NCBI RefSeq assembly: GCF_055900595.2
Contig: NZ_CM148325.1
DNA length: 64,000 nucleotides
Direction: 5' to 3' (one strand)
Both the position numbers and the translations under genes were made by a program. Below the pieces are notes generated by a model, which did no database searches, was not told where the DNA came from, and was given only the letters and a program-made list of their open reading frames with translations. Shown here in pieces: positions 1 to 11,733 of this stretch (positions within the stretch are counted from its first letter, which is position 1; each line of letters begins with the position of its first letter).

Positions 1-209
1 CTTTAATACGCTGTAAGTATTACTATACCTGCGCAACCAGACCCTGTGAAAAGTCCAGAATGCCATTTTCTGCATTATTCACATATTTGATAAAAACTCT
101 CTATCAAAGCGACGTTTTGATAAAAAAATATTGTCCCCGAAGTGATGGGAAAAGTCATAGCGGCAATGCAGAATAGAAAGTGCTCATCTTTTATTTCCCG
201 GGAGGGGAA

Positions 210-1418
210 ATGTCCCGCGTGTCGCAGGCGAGGAACCTGGGTAAATATTTCCTGCTCATCGATAATATGCTGGTCGTGCTGGGGTTCTTTGTTGTCTTCC
301 CGCTGATCTCTATCCGCTTCGTTGATCAAATGGGCTGGGCCGCCGTCATGGTCGGTATTGCCCTCGGCCTACGCCAGTTTATTCAGCAAGGTCTGGGGAT
401 TTTCGGCGGCGCAATTGCCGACCGCTTTGGTGCCAAACCGATGATTGTCACCGGTATGCTGATGCGTGCCGCCGGATTCGCCACAATGGGTATCGCCCAC
501 GAACCGTGGCTACTGTGGTTTTCATGCCTGCTTTCGGGACTCGGCGGCACGTTGTTTGATCCTCCGCGTTCGGCGCTGGTGGTGAAACTAATCCGCCCGC
601 AGCAGCGTGGCCGTTTTTTCTCACTATTAATGATGCAAGACAGCGCTGGTGCTGTCATTGGCGCATTGTTGGGAAGCTGGCTGTTGCAATACGACTTTCG
701 CCTGGTCTGTGCCACAGGAGCCGTTTTGTTTGTGCTGTGTGCTGCGTTTAATGCCTGGTTGTTACCGGCATGGAAACTCTCCACCGTACGCACGCCCGTT
801 CGCGAAGGCATGACCCGCGTGATGCGCGACAAGCGTTTTGTCACCTATGTCCTGACGCTGGCGGGTTACTACATGCTGGCTGTACAAGTGATGCTGATGC
901 TGCCAATTATGGTCAACGACGTCGCGGGCGCGCCGTCTGCCGTTAAATGGATGTATGCCATTGAGGCGTGTCTGTCGTTAACGTTGCTCTACCCTATCGC
1001 CCGCTGGAGTGAAAAACATTTTCGTCTGGAACACCGATTGATGGCTGGGCTATTAATAATGTCATTAAGCATGATGCCAGTGGGTATGGTCAGCGGCCTG
1101 CAACAACTTTTCACTCTGATTTGTCTGTTTTATATCGGGTCGATCATTGCTGAGCCTGCGCGTGAAACCTTAAGTGCTTCGCTGGCAGATGCAAGAGCAC
1201 GCGGCAGCTATATGGGGTTTAGCCGTCTGGGTCTGGCGATTGGCGGCGCGATTGGTTATATCGGTGGTGGCTGGCTATTTGACTTGGGTAAATCAGCGCA
1301 CCAACCAGAGCTTCCGTGGATGATGCTGGGCATTATTGGCATCTTCACTTTCCTTGCGCTGGGTTGGCAGTTTAGCCAGAAACGCACCGCGCGTCGTTTG
1401 CTGGAACGCGACGCCTGA
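210..1418 (+). CDS. mdtH: MFS multidrug efflux transporter MdtH
   Basis: ORF 180..1418; product begins [19 protein letters not shown] at internal ATG 210; hydrophobic multi-TM profile; recognised as E. coli MdtH (402 aa). Confidence 0.9.
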   Translation: MSRVSQARNLGKYFLLIDNMLVVLGFFVVFPLISIRFVDQMGWAAVMVGIALGLRQFIQQGLGIFGGAIADRFGAKPMIVTGMLMRAAGFATMGIAHEPWLLWFSCLLSGLGGTLFDPPRSALVVKLIRPQQRGRFFSLLMMQDSAGAVIGALLGSWLLQYDFRLVCATGAVLFVLCAAFNAWLLPAWKLSTVRTPVREGMTRVMRDKRFVTYVLTLAGYYMLAVQVMLMLPIMVNDVAGAPSAVKWMYAIEACLSLTLLYPIARWSEKHFRLEHRLMAGLLIMSLSMMPVGMVSGLQQLFTLICLFYIGSIIAEPARETLSASLADARARGSYMGFSRLGLAIGGAIGYIGGGWLFDLGKSAHQPELPWMMLGIIGIFTFLALGWQFSQKRTARRLLERDA

Positions 1419-1433
1419 TTTGATACTCCCCCC

Positions 1434-1480
1434 TGACTCCTCCATACTGAAAGTGAACTGACAGCCAAATGGAGGAGTCA
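1434..1480 (+). promoter_or_regulatory. Perfect 12-bp inverted repeat (TGACTCCTCCAT / ATGGAGGAGTCA) whose 3-prime arm contains the grxB Shine-Dalgarno GGAGG
   Basis: Read directly: 1434..1445 pairs with 1469..1480, 23-nt loop, immediately upstream of GTG start at 1482; no U-tract, so not a classical terminator. Confidence 0.4.
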
Positions 1481-1481
1481 C

Positions 1482-2129
1482 GTGAAGCTATACATTTACG
1501 ATCACTGCCCTTACTGCCTCAAAGCCCGCATGATTTTCGGCCTGAAAAATATCCCCGTCGAATTACATGTTCTGCTCAATGACGACGCAGAAACACCCAC
1601 CCGGATGGTCGGTCAAAAACAGGTTCCCATTCTGCAAAAAGATGACAGCCGCTATATGCCAGAAAGCATGGACATCGTTCACTATGTCGATAAACTCGAC
1701 GGCAAACCGTTACTGACCGGCAAACGTTCACCTGCCATTGAAGAATGGCTGCGCAAGGTCAACGGCTACGCCAACAAACTGCTGTTACCGCGTTTTGCCA
1801 AATCGGCATTTGATGAGTTTTCTACTCCCGCCGCACGCAAATATTTTGTCGACAAGAAAGAAGCCAGCGCGGGTAATTTTTCCGACCTGCTGGCCCACTC
1901 TGACGGTCTGATTAAGAATATCAGCGATGATTTTCGTGCGCTGGACAAACTTATCGTCAAACCGAACGCCGTGAATGGCGAACTTTCGGAAGACGATATT
2001 CAGCTATTTCCGCTCCTGCGTAATCTGACGCTGGTAGCCGGAATCAACTGGCCAAGCCGCGTTGCTGATTACCGCGATAATATGGCGAAACAGACACAAA
2101 TCAATTTGTTATCATCAATGGCGATTTAA
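1482..2129 (+). CDS. grxB: Glutaredoxin 2
   Basis: 215-aa ORF, GTG start, CPYC active site (MKLYIYDHCPYCLKARMIFGL); recognised as GrxB. Confidence 0.93.
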   Translation: MKLYIYDHCPYCLKARMIFGLKNIPVELHVLLNDDAETPTRMVGQKQVPILQKDDSRYMPESMDIVHYVDKLDGKPLLTGKRSPAIEEWLRKVNGYANKLLLPRFAKSAFDEFSTPAARKYFVDKKEASAGNFSDLLAHSDGLIKNISDDFRALDKLIVKPNAVNGELSEDDIQLFPLLRNLTLVAGINWPSRVADYRDNMAKQTQINLLSSMAI

Positions 2130-2262
2130 TCCTGACCCGCCGCGGCAGCCTGTATTCGCGGGTTGCCGCCGTTTTCAGTTTTTTCTGCTGGCGAGTTTAT
2201 CGCTGGTGACACATGCTGCGTTGTGTCAGGATATTGACGCAGATTTCATGTCGAGGACTACC

Positions 2263-2823
2263 ATGAACAAGTTTTTATTTGCCGCTGTATTGTTCGTCAG
2301 TGGCCTGCTCGTTGGCTGTAATCAACTCACCCAATACACCATCACCGAACAAGAAATTAACCAGTCGCTTGCGAAACATAATAATTTCTCAAAAGATATC
2401 GGTTTACCCGGCGTGGCTGACGCCCATATTGTTCTGACAAACCTGACCAGCCAAATTGGTCGCGAAGAGCCGAATAAGGTTACCCTAACCGGAGACGCCA
2501 ATCTGGACATGAACTCCCTGTTCGGTAGCCAGAAAGCGACCATGAAACTGAAGCTGAAAGCGCTGCCTGTGTTTGATAAAGAAAAAGGCGCGATCTTCCT
2601 GAAAGAGATGGAAGTAGTCGATGCGACGGTACAACCGGAAAAAATGCAAACGGTGATGCAAACGTTGCTTCCCTATTTGAACCAGGCATTACGCAATTAC
2701 TTTAACCAGCAACCTGCTTATGTCCTGCGCGAAGATGGCAGTAAGGGCGAAGCAATGGCGAAGAAACTGGCGAAAGGTATTGAAGTGAAGCCTGGTGAAA
2801 TTGTCATTCCGTTTACTGATTAA
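2263..2823 (+). CDS. yceB: Lipoprotein YceB (DUF1439 family)
   Basis: ATG at 2263 inside ORF 2062..2823; MNKFLFAAVLFVSGLLVGC lipoprotein signal with lipobox; 186 aa. Confidence 0.88.
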   Translation: MNKFLFAAVLFVSGLLVGCNQLTQYTITEQEINQSLAKHNNFSKDIGLPGVADAHIVLTNLTSQIGREEPNKVTLTGDANLDMNSLFGSQKATMKLKLKALPVFDKEKGAIFLKEMEVVDATVQPEKMQTVMQTLLPYLNQALRNYFNQQPAYVLREDGSKGEAMAKKLAKGIEVKPGEIVIPFTD

Positions 2824-2928
2824 TCACGAGGGCGCATTTGCGCCCTTTATTTTTCGTGCAAAGGAAAACGTTTCCGCTTATCCTTTGTGTCCGGCAAAAA
2901 CATCCCTTCAGCCGGAGCATAGAGATTA

Positions 2929-3975
2929 ATGACTGCACCATCCCAGGTATTAAAGATCCGCCGCCCAGACGACTGGCACCTTCACCTCCGCGATGGCGAC
3001 ATGTTAAAAACTGTCGTGCCTTATACCAGCGAAATATATGGGCGGGCTATCGTAATGCCCAATCTGGCTCCGCCCGTGACCACCGTTGAGGCTGCCGTGG
3101 CATATCGCCAGCGTATTCTCGACGCCGTACCTGCCGGGCACGATTTCACCCCGCTGATGACCTGTTATTTAACAGATTCGCTGGACCCTAATGAGCTGGA
3201 ACGTGGATTTAACGAAGGCGTGTTCACCGCTGCAAAACTTTACCCCGCAAACGCAACCACTAACTCCAGCCACGGCGTGACGTCGGTTGATGCAATCATG
3301 CCGGTACTTGAGCGCATGGAAAAAATCGGTATGCCGCTACTGGTGCATGGTGAAGTGACACATGCAGATATCGACATTTTTGATCGTGAGGCGCGCTTTA
3401 TAGAAAGCGTAATGGAACCGCTTCGCCAGCGCCTGACCGCGCTGAAAGTCGTTTTTGAGCACATCACCACCAAAGATGCTGCCGACTATGTCCGTGACGG
3501 AAATGAACGTCTGGCTGCCACCATCACTCCGCAGCATCTGATGTTTAACCGCAACCATATGCTGGTTGGTGGCGTGCGTCCACACCTGTATTGTCTACCC
3601 ATCCTCAAACGCAATATTCACCAACAGGCACTGCGTGAACTGGTCGCCAGCGGTTTTAATCGCGTATTCCTCGGTACGGATTCTGCGCCGCATGCACGTC
3701 ATCGCAAAGAGAGCAGCTGCGGCTGCGCGGGCTGCTTCAACGCCCCAACCGCGCTGGGCAGTTACGCTACCGTCTTTGAAGAGATGAATGCTCTGCAGCA
3801 CTTTGAAGCATTCTGTTCTGTAAACGGCCCACAGTTCTATGGCTTGCCGGTCAACGACACATTCATCGAACTGGTCCGCAAAGAGCAACAGGTTGCTGAA
3901 AGCATCGCATTGACTGATGACACACTGGTGCCATTCCTCGCCGGGGAAACGGTACGCTGGTCCGTTAAACAATAA
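2929..3975 (+). CDS. pyrC: Dihydroorotase
   Basis: 348-aa [27 protein letters not shown]; metal-binding HxH motif; recognised as PyrC. Confidence 0.95.
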   Translation: MTAPSQVLKIRRPDDWHLHLRDGDMLKTVVPYTSEIYGRAIVMPNLAPPVTTVEAAVAYRQRILDAVPAGHDFTPLMTCYLTDSLDPNELERGFNEGVFTAAKLYPANATTNSSHGVTSVDAIMPVLERMEKIGMPLLVHGEVTHADIDIFDREARFIESVMEPLRQRLTALKVVFEHITTKDAADYVRDGNERLAATITPQHLMFNRNHMLVGGVRPHLYCLPILKRNIHQQALRELVASGFNRVFLGTDSAPHARHRKESSCGCAGCFNAPTALGSYATVFEEMNALQHFEAFCSVNGPQFYGLPVNDTFIELVRKEQQVAESIALTDDTLVPFLAGETVRWSVKQ

Positions 3976-4011
3976 AAATCGTAGCTTCCTGTTGTCATTA
4001 GGTTATTTTAA

Positions 4012-4027
4012 CTGTATAAATAACCAG
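4012..4027 (+). promoter_or_regulatory. LexA (SOS) box CTGTATAAATAACCAG upstream of dinI
   Basis: CTGT-N8-CCAG palindrome-like motif ~20 bp upstream of dinI ATG; matches SOS box pattern CTGT-N8-ACAG with one deviation. Confidence 0.7.
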
Positions 4028-4048
4028 TATATTCAACAGGGGGCTATT

Positions 4049-4294
4049 ATGCGAATTGAAGTCACCATAGCGAAAACTTCTCCATTGCCAGCTGGGGCTA
4101 TTGACGCCCTGGCTGGCGAACTTTCCCGCCGTATTCAGTATGCGTTTCCTGATAATGAAGGCCACGTATCGGTACGTTATGCCGCAGCGAATAATTTATC
4201 GGTTATTGGCGCGACAAAAGAAGATAAACAGCGCATTAGCGAAATTCTCCAGGAAACGTGGGAAAGCGCCGATGACTGGTTTGTCAGCGAATAA
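4049..4294 (+). CDS. dinI: DNA damage-inducible protein I
   Basis: 81-aa product MRIEVTIAKTSPLPAGAIDALAGELSRRIQ from internal ATG of ORF 3917..4294; recognised as DinI. Confidence 0.92.
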   Translation: MRIEVTIAKTSPLPAGAIDALAGELSRRIQYAFPDNEGHVSVRYAAANNLSVIGATKEDKQRISEILQETWESADDWFVSE

Positions 4295-4323
4295 TATGCA
4301 GTGATTTTTGTTTTTGCCGGGTC

Positions 4324-4346
4324 GCCCCGGCTTTTTTATTTTACTT
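4324..4346 (+). terminator. Rho-independent terminator after dinI
   Basis: GC hairpin GCCGGGTCGCCCCGGC followed by TTTTTTA. Confidence 0.7.
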
Positions 4347-4583
4347 ACGATTTTCGAGTACAAAATTCCTACACTTCCTCAAAATAATTGCACAATATGC
4401 TAAAAAAATATGAATGACATGCTGTTTTATTGTTCATATAAATCTTAAAAGCAAAAATTTATCTGTTCCCCCCTTTAAAAATTCGGTGAATACCCTTACT
4501 TATTGGTATACTGAAGTTGCTTCAGATAAAAACGCATTGAACCTCGAATAACGTTGTCTAGTAACACGAATTAGGGGGCCATG

Positions 4584-4838
4584 ATGGAAAAAAATAATGA
4601 AGTCATTCAGACTCATCCGCTCGTAGGGTGGGACATCAGCACCGTTGATAGCTATGATGCGCTGATGTTGCGTTTGCATTACCAGACCCCAAATAAGTCC
4701 GAGCAGGAAGGGACTGAAGTTGGTCAGACGCTCTGGTTAACCACTGATGTTGCCAGACAATTTATTTCGATATTAGAAGCAGGAATCGCCAAAATTGAAT
4801 CCGGTGATTTCCCGGTAAACGAGTATCGGCGTCATTAA
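4584..4838 (+). CDS. bssS: Biofilm regulator BssS
   Basis: 84-aa product MEKNNEVIQTHPLVGWDISTVDSYDALML; recognised as BssS (YceP). Confidence 0.9.
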   Translation: MEKNNEVIQTHPLVGWDISTVDSYDALMLRLHYQTPNKSEQEGTEVGQTLWLTTDVARQFISILEAGIAKIESGDFPVNEYRRH

Positions 4839-4952
4839 CATGACATGACCATCCACCCAAAAGGCACCTCACTGGTGCCTTTACCATTTCTGGGTTGTAT
4901 ATCTGCATTCAGTTAATTACTCTGCTTAAACCATGAGAGCAGAGAGAAAAAA

Positions 4953-6071
4953 ATGAAATACGATCTCATCATTATTGGCAGCGGTTCCGTAGGCGCTGCC
5001 GCCGGGTATTATGCAACCCGTGCCGGTTTAAACGTGCTAATGACCGACGCCCATATGCCACCGCATCAACACGGCAGCCACCACGGCGATACGCGATTAA
5101 TTCGCCATGCTTATGGTGAAGGCGAAAAGTATGTCCCGCTGGTCCTCCGCGCGCAAACGCTGTGGGATGAACTCTCCCGCCACAACGAAGAAGATCCCAT
5201 TTTTGTACGCTCTGGCGTCATTAACCTTGGCCCGGCTGATTCCACATTTCTCGCCAACGTCGCCCACAGCGCCGAACAGTGGCAACTCAACGTTGAAAAG
5301 CTCGATGCGCAAGGGATTATGGCCCGCTGGCCGGAAATACGCGTCCCGGACAACTACATCGGCTTATTTGAGACTGATTCCGGCTTTTTACGCAGCGAAC
5401 TGGCGATTAAAACCTGGATTCAACTGGCGAAGGAAGCGGGTTGTGCGCAGTTGTTCAACTGCCCGGTCACCGCAATTCGTCATGACGATGATGGCGTAAC
5501 TATTGAAACCGCTGACGGTGAGTATCAGGCGAAAAAGGCGATTGTCTGCGCGGGAACATGGGTAAAAGATCTGCTCCCGGAACTGCCTGTCCAGCCCGTA
5601 CGCAAAGTATTTACCTGGTATCAGGCCGATGGTCGCTATAGCGTGAAGAATAAATTCCCGGCGTTTACCGGTGAACTGCCCAATGGCGATCAATATTATG
5701 GTTTTCCGGCAGAAAACGACGCGTTGAAGATTGGCAAACATAACGGAGGCCAGGTTATCCATTCAGCGGATGAACGTGTTCCGTTTGCGGAAGTCGTCAG
5801 CGATGGCTCGGAAGCCTTCCCGTTCTTGCGCAATGTATTGCCGGGTATCGGTTGCTGCCTGTACGGCGCTGCCTGCACCTATGATAATTCGCCTGACGAA
5901 GATTTTATTATCGATACTCTACCCGGCCACGATAATACACTGCTCATTACCGGCCTGAGCGGGCACGGTTTTAAATTTGCGTCAGTTTTAGGGGAAATAG
6001 CTGCCGATTTTGCGCAAGACAAAAAAAGCGATTTTGATTTGACGCCATTCATGCTTTCCCGCTTCCAATAA
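4953..6071 (+). CDS. solA: N-methyl-L-tryptophan oxidase
   Basis: 372-aa ORF with N-terminal FAD-binding GxGxxG ([15 protein letters not shown]); recognised as SolA. Confidence 0.93.
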
Positions 6072-6080
6072 TCATCATTA

Positions 6081-6106
6081 CGGCCTCCAGAATGAGGCCG
6101 TTTTTA
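6081..6106 (+). terminator. Rho-independent terminator after solA
   Basis: Hairpin CGGCCTC-cagaat-GAGGCCG followed by TTTTTA. Confidence 0.65.
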
Positions 6107-6232
6107 CAGGAGTATTTAATGCGTCGGCTGTTGCACTATCTCATCAATAATATTCGCGAGCATCTGATGCTTTATCTTTTTCTCTGGGGACTGTTGGCAA
6201 TTATGGACCTGATCTACGTGTTTTATTTTTAG
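6092..6232 (+). CDS. yceO: Small membrane protein YceO (46 aa; alternative 37-aa start at 6119)
   Basis: Short ORF not in supplied track: [46 protein letters not shown]; hydrophobic C-terminus; first ATG lies inside the solA terminator hairpin, so start is uncertain. Confidence 0.45.
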
Positions 6233-6493
6233 TTTTTCCGCACTGACATAAACTGACAAATATTTAATCTCCCTTTCATTTAGCGTGAAAAATTGAATGA
6301 GATTCTTCCTGCCTCTACAGCACTCACCAGACCTTCCAGATGCTGAACCCACTAAACTTATGAAGATTCTTTCATTATTAATTCAAAATTATTGAAATAA
6401 AAATAAATATCATTCAATTTGTTATTTTTGTGTTGCAATTCATTCTCCGACACGCCATTTTCTTTCTCTCGCAAATTCTTTTTGGATGCACTT

Positions 6494-7060
6494 ATGTCAT
6501 TCACAAATACCCCTGAACGCTATGGTGTTATATCTGCGGCCTTACATTGGCTAAGCGCAATTATTGTCTATGGCATGTTTGCTTTAGGTCTGTGGATGGT
6601 CACGCTCAGCTATTACGATGGCTGGTACCACAAAGCACCCGAATTGCATAAAAGCATCGGCATTTTGTTAATGATGGGGCTGGTTATTCGCGTTCTTTGG
6701 CGTGTCATATCTCCACCGCCGGGTCCGCTGCAAAGTTATTCGCCCATGACTCGTGTTGGCGCAAAGGCTGGACATCTTGCATTGTACCTATTGCTCTTTG
6801 CCATCGGCATCAGCGGCTATCTGATCTCAACTGCCGATGGTAAACCGATCAGCGTTTTTGGCTGGTTTGACGTCCCCGCGACCCTCGCCGACGCTGGCGC
6901 ACAGGCTGACTTTGCCGGTGCCCTGCATTTTTGGCTCGCGTGGAGCGTCGTAGTACTGTCCGTTATGCACGGATTTATGGCCCTGAAGCATCATTTCATC
7001 GATAAAGACGACACTCTGAAGCGCATGCTGGGAAAGTCGTCATCTGACTATGGAGTATAA
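6494..7060 (+). CDS. yceJ: Cytochrome b561-family protein YceJ
   Basis: 188-aa product MSFTNTPERYGVISAALHWLSAIIVYGMFALG from internal ATG of ORF 6419..7060; four hydrophobic segments with conserved His. Confidence 0.88.
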   Translation: MSFTNTPERYGVISAALHWLSAIIVYGMFALGLWMVTLSYYDGWYHKAPELHKSIGILLMMGLVIRVLWRVISPPPGPLQSYSPMTRVGAKAGHLALYLLLFAIGISGYLISTADGKPISVFGWFDVPATLADAGAQADFAGALHFWLAWSVVVLSVMHGFMALKHHFIDKDDTLKRMLGKSSSDYGV

Positions 7061-7063
7061 AAA

Positions 7064-7639
7064 ATGAAAAAAAGCCTGCTTGGTTTAACCTTCGCTTCCT
7101 TGATGTTCTCTGCCGGTTCAGCGGTTGCCGCCGATTACAAAATTGACAAAGAAGGTCAGCACGCCTTTGTTAACTTCCGCATCCAGCATCTTGGCTATAG
7201 CTGGTTATATGGCACCTTTAAAGATTTCGACGGTACTTTTACCTTTGATGAAAAAAATCCAGCTGCCGATAAAGTGAATGTGACAATTAACACCACCAGC
7301 GTCGATACTAACCACGCCGAACGCGATAAACATCTTCGCAGTGCGGATTTTCTCAATACCGCAAAATATCCACAGGCAACATTCACCTCCACCAGCGTGA
7401 AGAAAGACGGTGACGAACTGGATATTACTGGCGATCTGACGCTGAATGGCGTAACCAAACCCGTCACGCTGGAAGCGAAATTAATTGGTCAAGGCGACGA
7501 CCCGTGGGGTGGTAAACGTGCAGGCTTCGAGGCCGAAGGCAAAATTAAGCTCAAGGACTTCAATATCAAAACAGATTTAGGTCCAGCTTCTCAGGAAGTG
7601 GATCTGATTATTTCAGTGGAAGGCGTACAGCAGAAGTAA
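7064..7639 (+). CDS. yceI: Periplasmic polyisoprenoid-binding protein YceI
   Basis: 191-aa ORF with signal peptide [22 protein letters not shown]; 4 bp after yceJ stop (operon); recognised as YceI. Confidence 0.92.
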
Positions 7640-7654
7640 GCGTGAAATGTTGCC

Positions 7655-7682
7655 GGATGACACGCATCCGGCAATGATTTTT
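7655..7682. terminator. Bidirectional hairpin terminator between convergent yceI and trhO
   Basis: GCCGGATG-acac-GCATCCGGC hairpin with flanking T-run. Confidence 0.55.
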
Positions 7683-8733
7683 ATTCTGTTGGATCAGGAA
7701 TGCCCAGTGTTGTATTCAGACGTCCACGAGACTTATTAAAGATCTTATTGCCATTTTCACGTCCTGCCCGACGGCGTCGCTGTTCTTCTGGCGGTAACGC
7801 GCTTTCTTCGCAGCAAATCTCACTGCAACAACCTTTGTATTTTTCTGCACATACTGGACACTGAATAAACAGCAGGTGGCAGCCATCATTTTTACAGTTG
7901 GTATGGCTATCGCACGGCGCACCGCACTGGTGGCAATGCGCGATAATCTCATCAGATATACGTTCGCCCATCCGCTCGTCAAACACAAAATTTTTGCCAA
8001 TAAAACGCACCGGTAAGCCCTGCTCGCGCGCCTTACGGGCGTATTCAATAATTCCGCCTTCGATATGCCAGACTTTATTGAATCCGTTATGTTTCATCCA
8101 GGCACTGGCCTTTTCACAACGAATGCCGCCGGTGCAGTACATAACGATTTTTTTATCTTTATGTTCCTGCATCATCTCGACTGCTTTTGGCAGCTGCTCA
8201 CGGAAGGTATCTGCCGGAATTTCCAGCGCGTTTTCAAAGTGCCCCACTTCATACTCATAGTGGTTACGCATGTCGATAAACAGTGCATCGGGATCGTCAA
8301 GCATGGCGTTCACTTCCGCCGCTTGCAAATACTCACCAACATTACTGGCATCGAAGTGAGGATCGTCAATACCGTCGGCTACGATGCGATCGCGCACCTT
8401 CATGCGCAGTACCCAGAAGGATTTCCCGTCATCATCCAACGCGATATTCAGGCGTAAGCCATCTAAAGCCGGGTCGAAGCCGTATAGCTGTGCGCGAAAT
8501 GTTTCAACATTGCTCGCAGGTACACTGATTTGCGCGTTAATCCCCTCATGCGCCAGATACACTCGCCCAAAAATATTCAGCGCAGTAAACAGCTGATATA
8601 AAGCGTCACGGGTCGCTTTCGGATCGGCGATGTGGAAATACTTATAAAACGAAATGGTGGTGCGCGGTTCGCGCTCAGCCAACATTTTGGCTTTCAGCGC
8701 GTCGTTGGAAATGCGGTTGTGTAACACTGGCAT
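7681..8733 (-). CDS. trhO: tRNA uridine(34) hydroxylase (rhodanese-domain protein)
   Basis: 350-aa product [17 protein letters not shown] from internal ATG of ORF 7681..8787; rhodanese active-site Cys ([11 protein letters not shown]) and C-terminal Cys-rich tail; recognised as YceA/TrhO. Confidence 0.88.
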   Translation of the reverse strand: MPVLHNRISNDALKAKMLAEREPRTTISFYKYFHIADPKATRDALYQLFTALNIFGRVYLAHEGINAQISVPASNVETFRAQLYGFDPALDGLRLNIALDDDGKSFWVLRMKVRDRIVADGIDDPHFDASNVGEYLQAAEVNAMLDDPDALFIDMRNHYEYEVGHFENALEIPADTFREQLPKAVEMMQEHKDKKIVMYCTGGIRCEKASAWMKHNGFNKVWHIEGGIIEYARKAREQGLPVRFIGKNFVFDERMGERISDEIIAHCHQCGAPCDSHTNCKNDGCHLLFIQCPVCAEKYKGCCSEICCEESALPPEEQRRRRAGRENGNKIFNKSRGRLNTTLGIPDPTE

Positions 8734-8957
8734 GGTGTACGGTTCCTGCGAGATGGGAAAGTAAAAATCCGCGGCATGATATAGCAATTATCGATAATTA
8801 ACATCCACACATTTTACGCTACATTTGCGCATTAAAAATTATTTATTATTTACAAGCGCGGTAATTTCGCCCAGTCTTCAGCCACAAATTTTGGTTGCGG
8901 GCGAAAAAATGCGACAATACATACAATTGCCCGAATAGGTTGAAAAACAGGATTGAT

Positions 8958-9878
8958 ATGACGAATCTACCCAAGTTCTCCACCGCACTGCTTCATCCGC
9001 GTTATTGGTTAACCTGGTTGGGTATTGGCGTACTTTGGTTAGTCGTGCAATTGCCCTACCCGGTTATCTACCGCCTCGGTTGTGGATTAGGAAAACTGGC
9101 GTTACGTTTTATGAAACGACGCGCAAAAATTGTGCATCGCAACCTGGAACTGTGCTTCCCGGAAATGAGCGAACAAGAACGCCGTGAAATGGTGGTGAAG
9201 AATTTCGAATCTATTGGTATGGGGCTGATGGAAACCGGCATGGCGTGGTTCTGGCCGGACCGCCGAATCGCCCGCTGGACGGAAGTGATCGGCATGGAAC
9301 ACATTCGTGACGTGCAGGCGCAAAAACGCGGCATCCTGTTAGTTGGCATCCATTTTCTGACTCTGGAGCTGGGTGCGCGGCAGTTTGGTATGCAGGAGCC
9401 GGGCATTGGCGTTTACCGCCCGAACGATAATCCACTGATTGACTGGCTACAAACCTGGGGCCGTTTGCGCTCAAATAAATCGATGCTCGACCGCAAAGAT
9501 TTAAAAGGCATGATTAAAGCCCTGAAAAAAGGCGAAGTGGTTTGGTACGCACCGGATCATGATTACGGCCCGCGCTCAAGCGTTTTCGTCCCGTTGTTTG
9601 CCGTTGAGCAGGCTGCGACCACAACCGGAACCTGGATGCTGGCACGGATGTCCGGCGCATGTCTGGTGCCCTTCGTTCCACGCCGTAAGCCAGATGGCAA
9701 AGGGTATCAGTTGATTATGCTACCGCCAGAGTGTTCTCCGCCGCTGGATGATGCCGAAACCACCGCCGCGTGGATGAACAAAGTGGTCGAAAAATGCATC
9801 ATGATGGCACCAGAGCAGTATATGTGGTTACACCGTCGCTTTAAAACACGTCCGGAAGGCGTTCCTTCACGCTATTAA
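8958..9878 (+). CDS. lpxL: Lipid A biosynthesis lauroyltransferase
   Basis: 306-aa product [27 protein letters not shown] from internal ATG of ORF 8895..9878; recognised as LpxL (HtrB). Confidence 0.92.
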   Translation: MTNLPKFSTALLHPRYWLTWLGIGVLWLVVQLPYPVIYRLGCGLGKLALRFMKRRAKIVHRNLELCFPEMSEQERREMVVKNFESIGMGLMETGMAWFWPDRRIARWTEVIGMEHIRDVQAQKRGILLVGIHFLTLELGARQFGMQEPGIGVYRPNDNPLIDWLQTWGRLRSNKSMLDRKDLKGMIKALKKGEVVWYAPDHDYGPRSSVFVPLFAVEQAATTTGTWMLARMSGACLVPFVPRRKPDGKGYQLIMLPPECSPPLDDAETTAAWMNKVVEKCIMMAPEQYMWLHRRFKTRPEGVPSRY

Positions 9879-10049
9879 ATCTCCCATGCCGGATGCTTGA
9901 GAATGGCATCCGGCATTCCCACAGCAAATCCTCCTGATTTAGCGATAAAAGCTCTCTGGATTGCGCCCCCTGGAAGTCGGGCGCATAATTAGTGTGCTTA
10001 TCTTTTCTTCTTATGTTCACCGCGCCTGGCGCACCAACAGCGGATTGCT

Positions 10050-11276
10050 ATGTCACCCTGTGAAAATGACACCCCTATAAACTGGAAACGAAACCTGATC
10101 GTCGCCTGGCTAGGCTGTTTTCTTACCGGTGCCGCCTTCAGCCTGGTAATGCCCTTCTTACCCCTCTACGTTGAGCAGCTTGGCGTTACCGGCCACTCCG
10201 CCCTGAATATGTGGTCCGGTATTGTCTTCAGCATTACATTTTTATTTTCGGCCATCGCCTCACCGTTTTGGGGTGGACTCGCCGACCGTAAAGGCCGAAA
10301 ACTCATGCTATTACGCTCTGCCCTCGGCATGGGCATCGTGATGGTGTTGATGGGGCTGGCACAAAATATCTGGCAGTTTTTGATCCTGCGGGCGCTGCTT
10401 GGTTTGCTTGGCGGATTTGTTCCCAACGCTAACGCACTGATCGCCACACAAGTACCGCGTAATAAAAGCGGCTGGGCGCTGGGTACGCTCTCCACAGGCG
10501 GCGTTAGCGGCGCGTTGCTCGGCCCAATGGCTGGTGGTTTGCTTGCCGATAGCTACGGCTTACGTCCGGTATTCTTTATTACCGCCAGTGTGCTGATACT
10601 TTGCTTTTTCGTCACCCTGTTTTGCATCCGAGAAAAATTCCAGCCGGTCAGCAAAAAAGAGATGCTGCATATGCGGGAAGTGGTGACATCACTTAAAAAC
10701 CCGAAACTGGTACTCAGCCTGTTTGTCACCACGTTAATCATCCAGGTGGCGACGGGTTCAATTGCCCCTATTCTGACGCTGTATGTCCGCGAACTGGCGG
10801 GTAACGTCAGTAATGTCGCCTTTATCAGCGGCATGATCGCCTCGGTGCCAGGCGTGGCTGCTCTGCTGAGTGCACCACGACTCGGCAAACTTGGCGATCG
10901 AATCGGACCCGAAAAGATCCTGATTACAGCGCTGATCTTTTCTGTACTGCTGTTGATCCCAATGTCTTATGTTCAGACGCCATTGCAACTTGGGATTTTA
11001 CGTTTTTTGCTCGGTGCCGCGGATGGTGCACTACTCCCCGCCGTACAGACACTGTTGGTTTACAACTCGAGCAACCAAATCGCCGGGCGTATCTTCAGCT
11101 ATAACCAATCGTTTCGTGATATTGGCAACGTTACCGGACCATTGATGGGAGCAGCGATTTCAGCGAACTACGGTTTCAGAGCGGTATTCCTCGTCACCGC
11201 TGGCGTAGTGTTATTCAACGCCGTCTATTCATGGAACAGTCTGCGCCGTCGTCGGATACCCCAGGTATCGAACTGA
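10050..11276 (+). CDS. mdtG: MFS multidrug efflux transporter MdtG
   Basis: 408-aa [33 protein letters not shown]; multi-TM; recognised as MdtG. Confidence 0.92.
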
Positions 11277-11358
11277 TTTTTCGCCTTTCATACTTGCAAA
11301 AGCGGAGAATCAGCTATCCTTTTCCCTGAAACCTCATCAACTCAAAGGGAGAATCGTG

Positions 11359-11733
11359 ATGACCATGTACGCAACGCTTGAAGAAGCCATTGACGCTGCA
11401 CGCGAAGAATTTCTTGCAGACAACCCCGGCATCGACGCCGAAGACGCGAATGTGCAACAGTTCAATGCCCAAAAATACGTTTTGCAGGACGGCGACATCA
11501 TGTGGCAAGTTGAGTTTTTTGCCGACGAAGGGGAAGAAGGTGAATGTTTACCCATGCTTAGCGGTGAAGCCGCGCAAAGTGTCTTTGACGGCGACTATGA
11601 TGAGATAGAGATCCGCCAGGAGTGGCAGGAAGAGAATACATTACATGAATGGGACGAGGGGGAATTTCAGCTTGAGCCACCGCTGGATACGGAAGAAGGA
11701 CGGGCAGCGGCTGATGAGTGGGATGAACGCTAA
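11359..11733 (+). CDS. msyB: Acidic protein MsyB
   Basis: 124-aa highly acidic product MTMYATLEEAIDAAREEFLADNPGIDAED; recognised as MsyB. Confidence 0.9.
   Translation: MTMYATLEEAIDAAREEFLADNPGIDAEDANVQQFNAQKYVLQDGDIMWQVEFFADEGEEGECLPMLSGEAAQSVFDGDYDEIEIRQEWQEENTLHEWDEGEFQLEPPLDTEEGRAAADEWDER

Noticed and set aside
383-844. 153-aa minus-strand ORF inside mdtH
   Set aside because: Antisense shadow of a well-supported transporter gene; Pro/Ser/Arg-rich low-complexity translation typical of the reverse strand of GC-rich coding DNA
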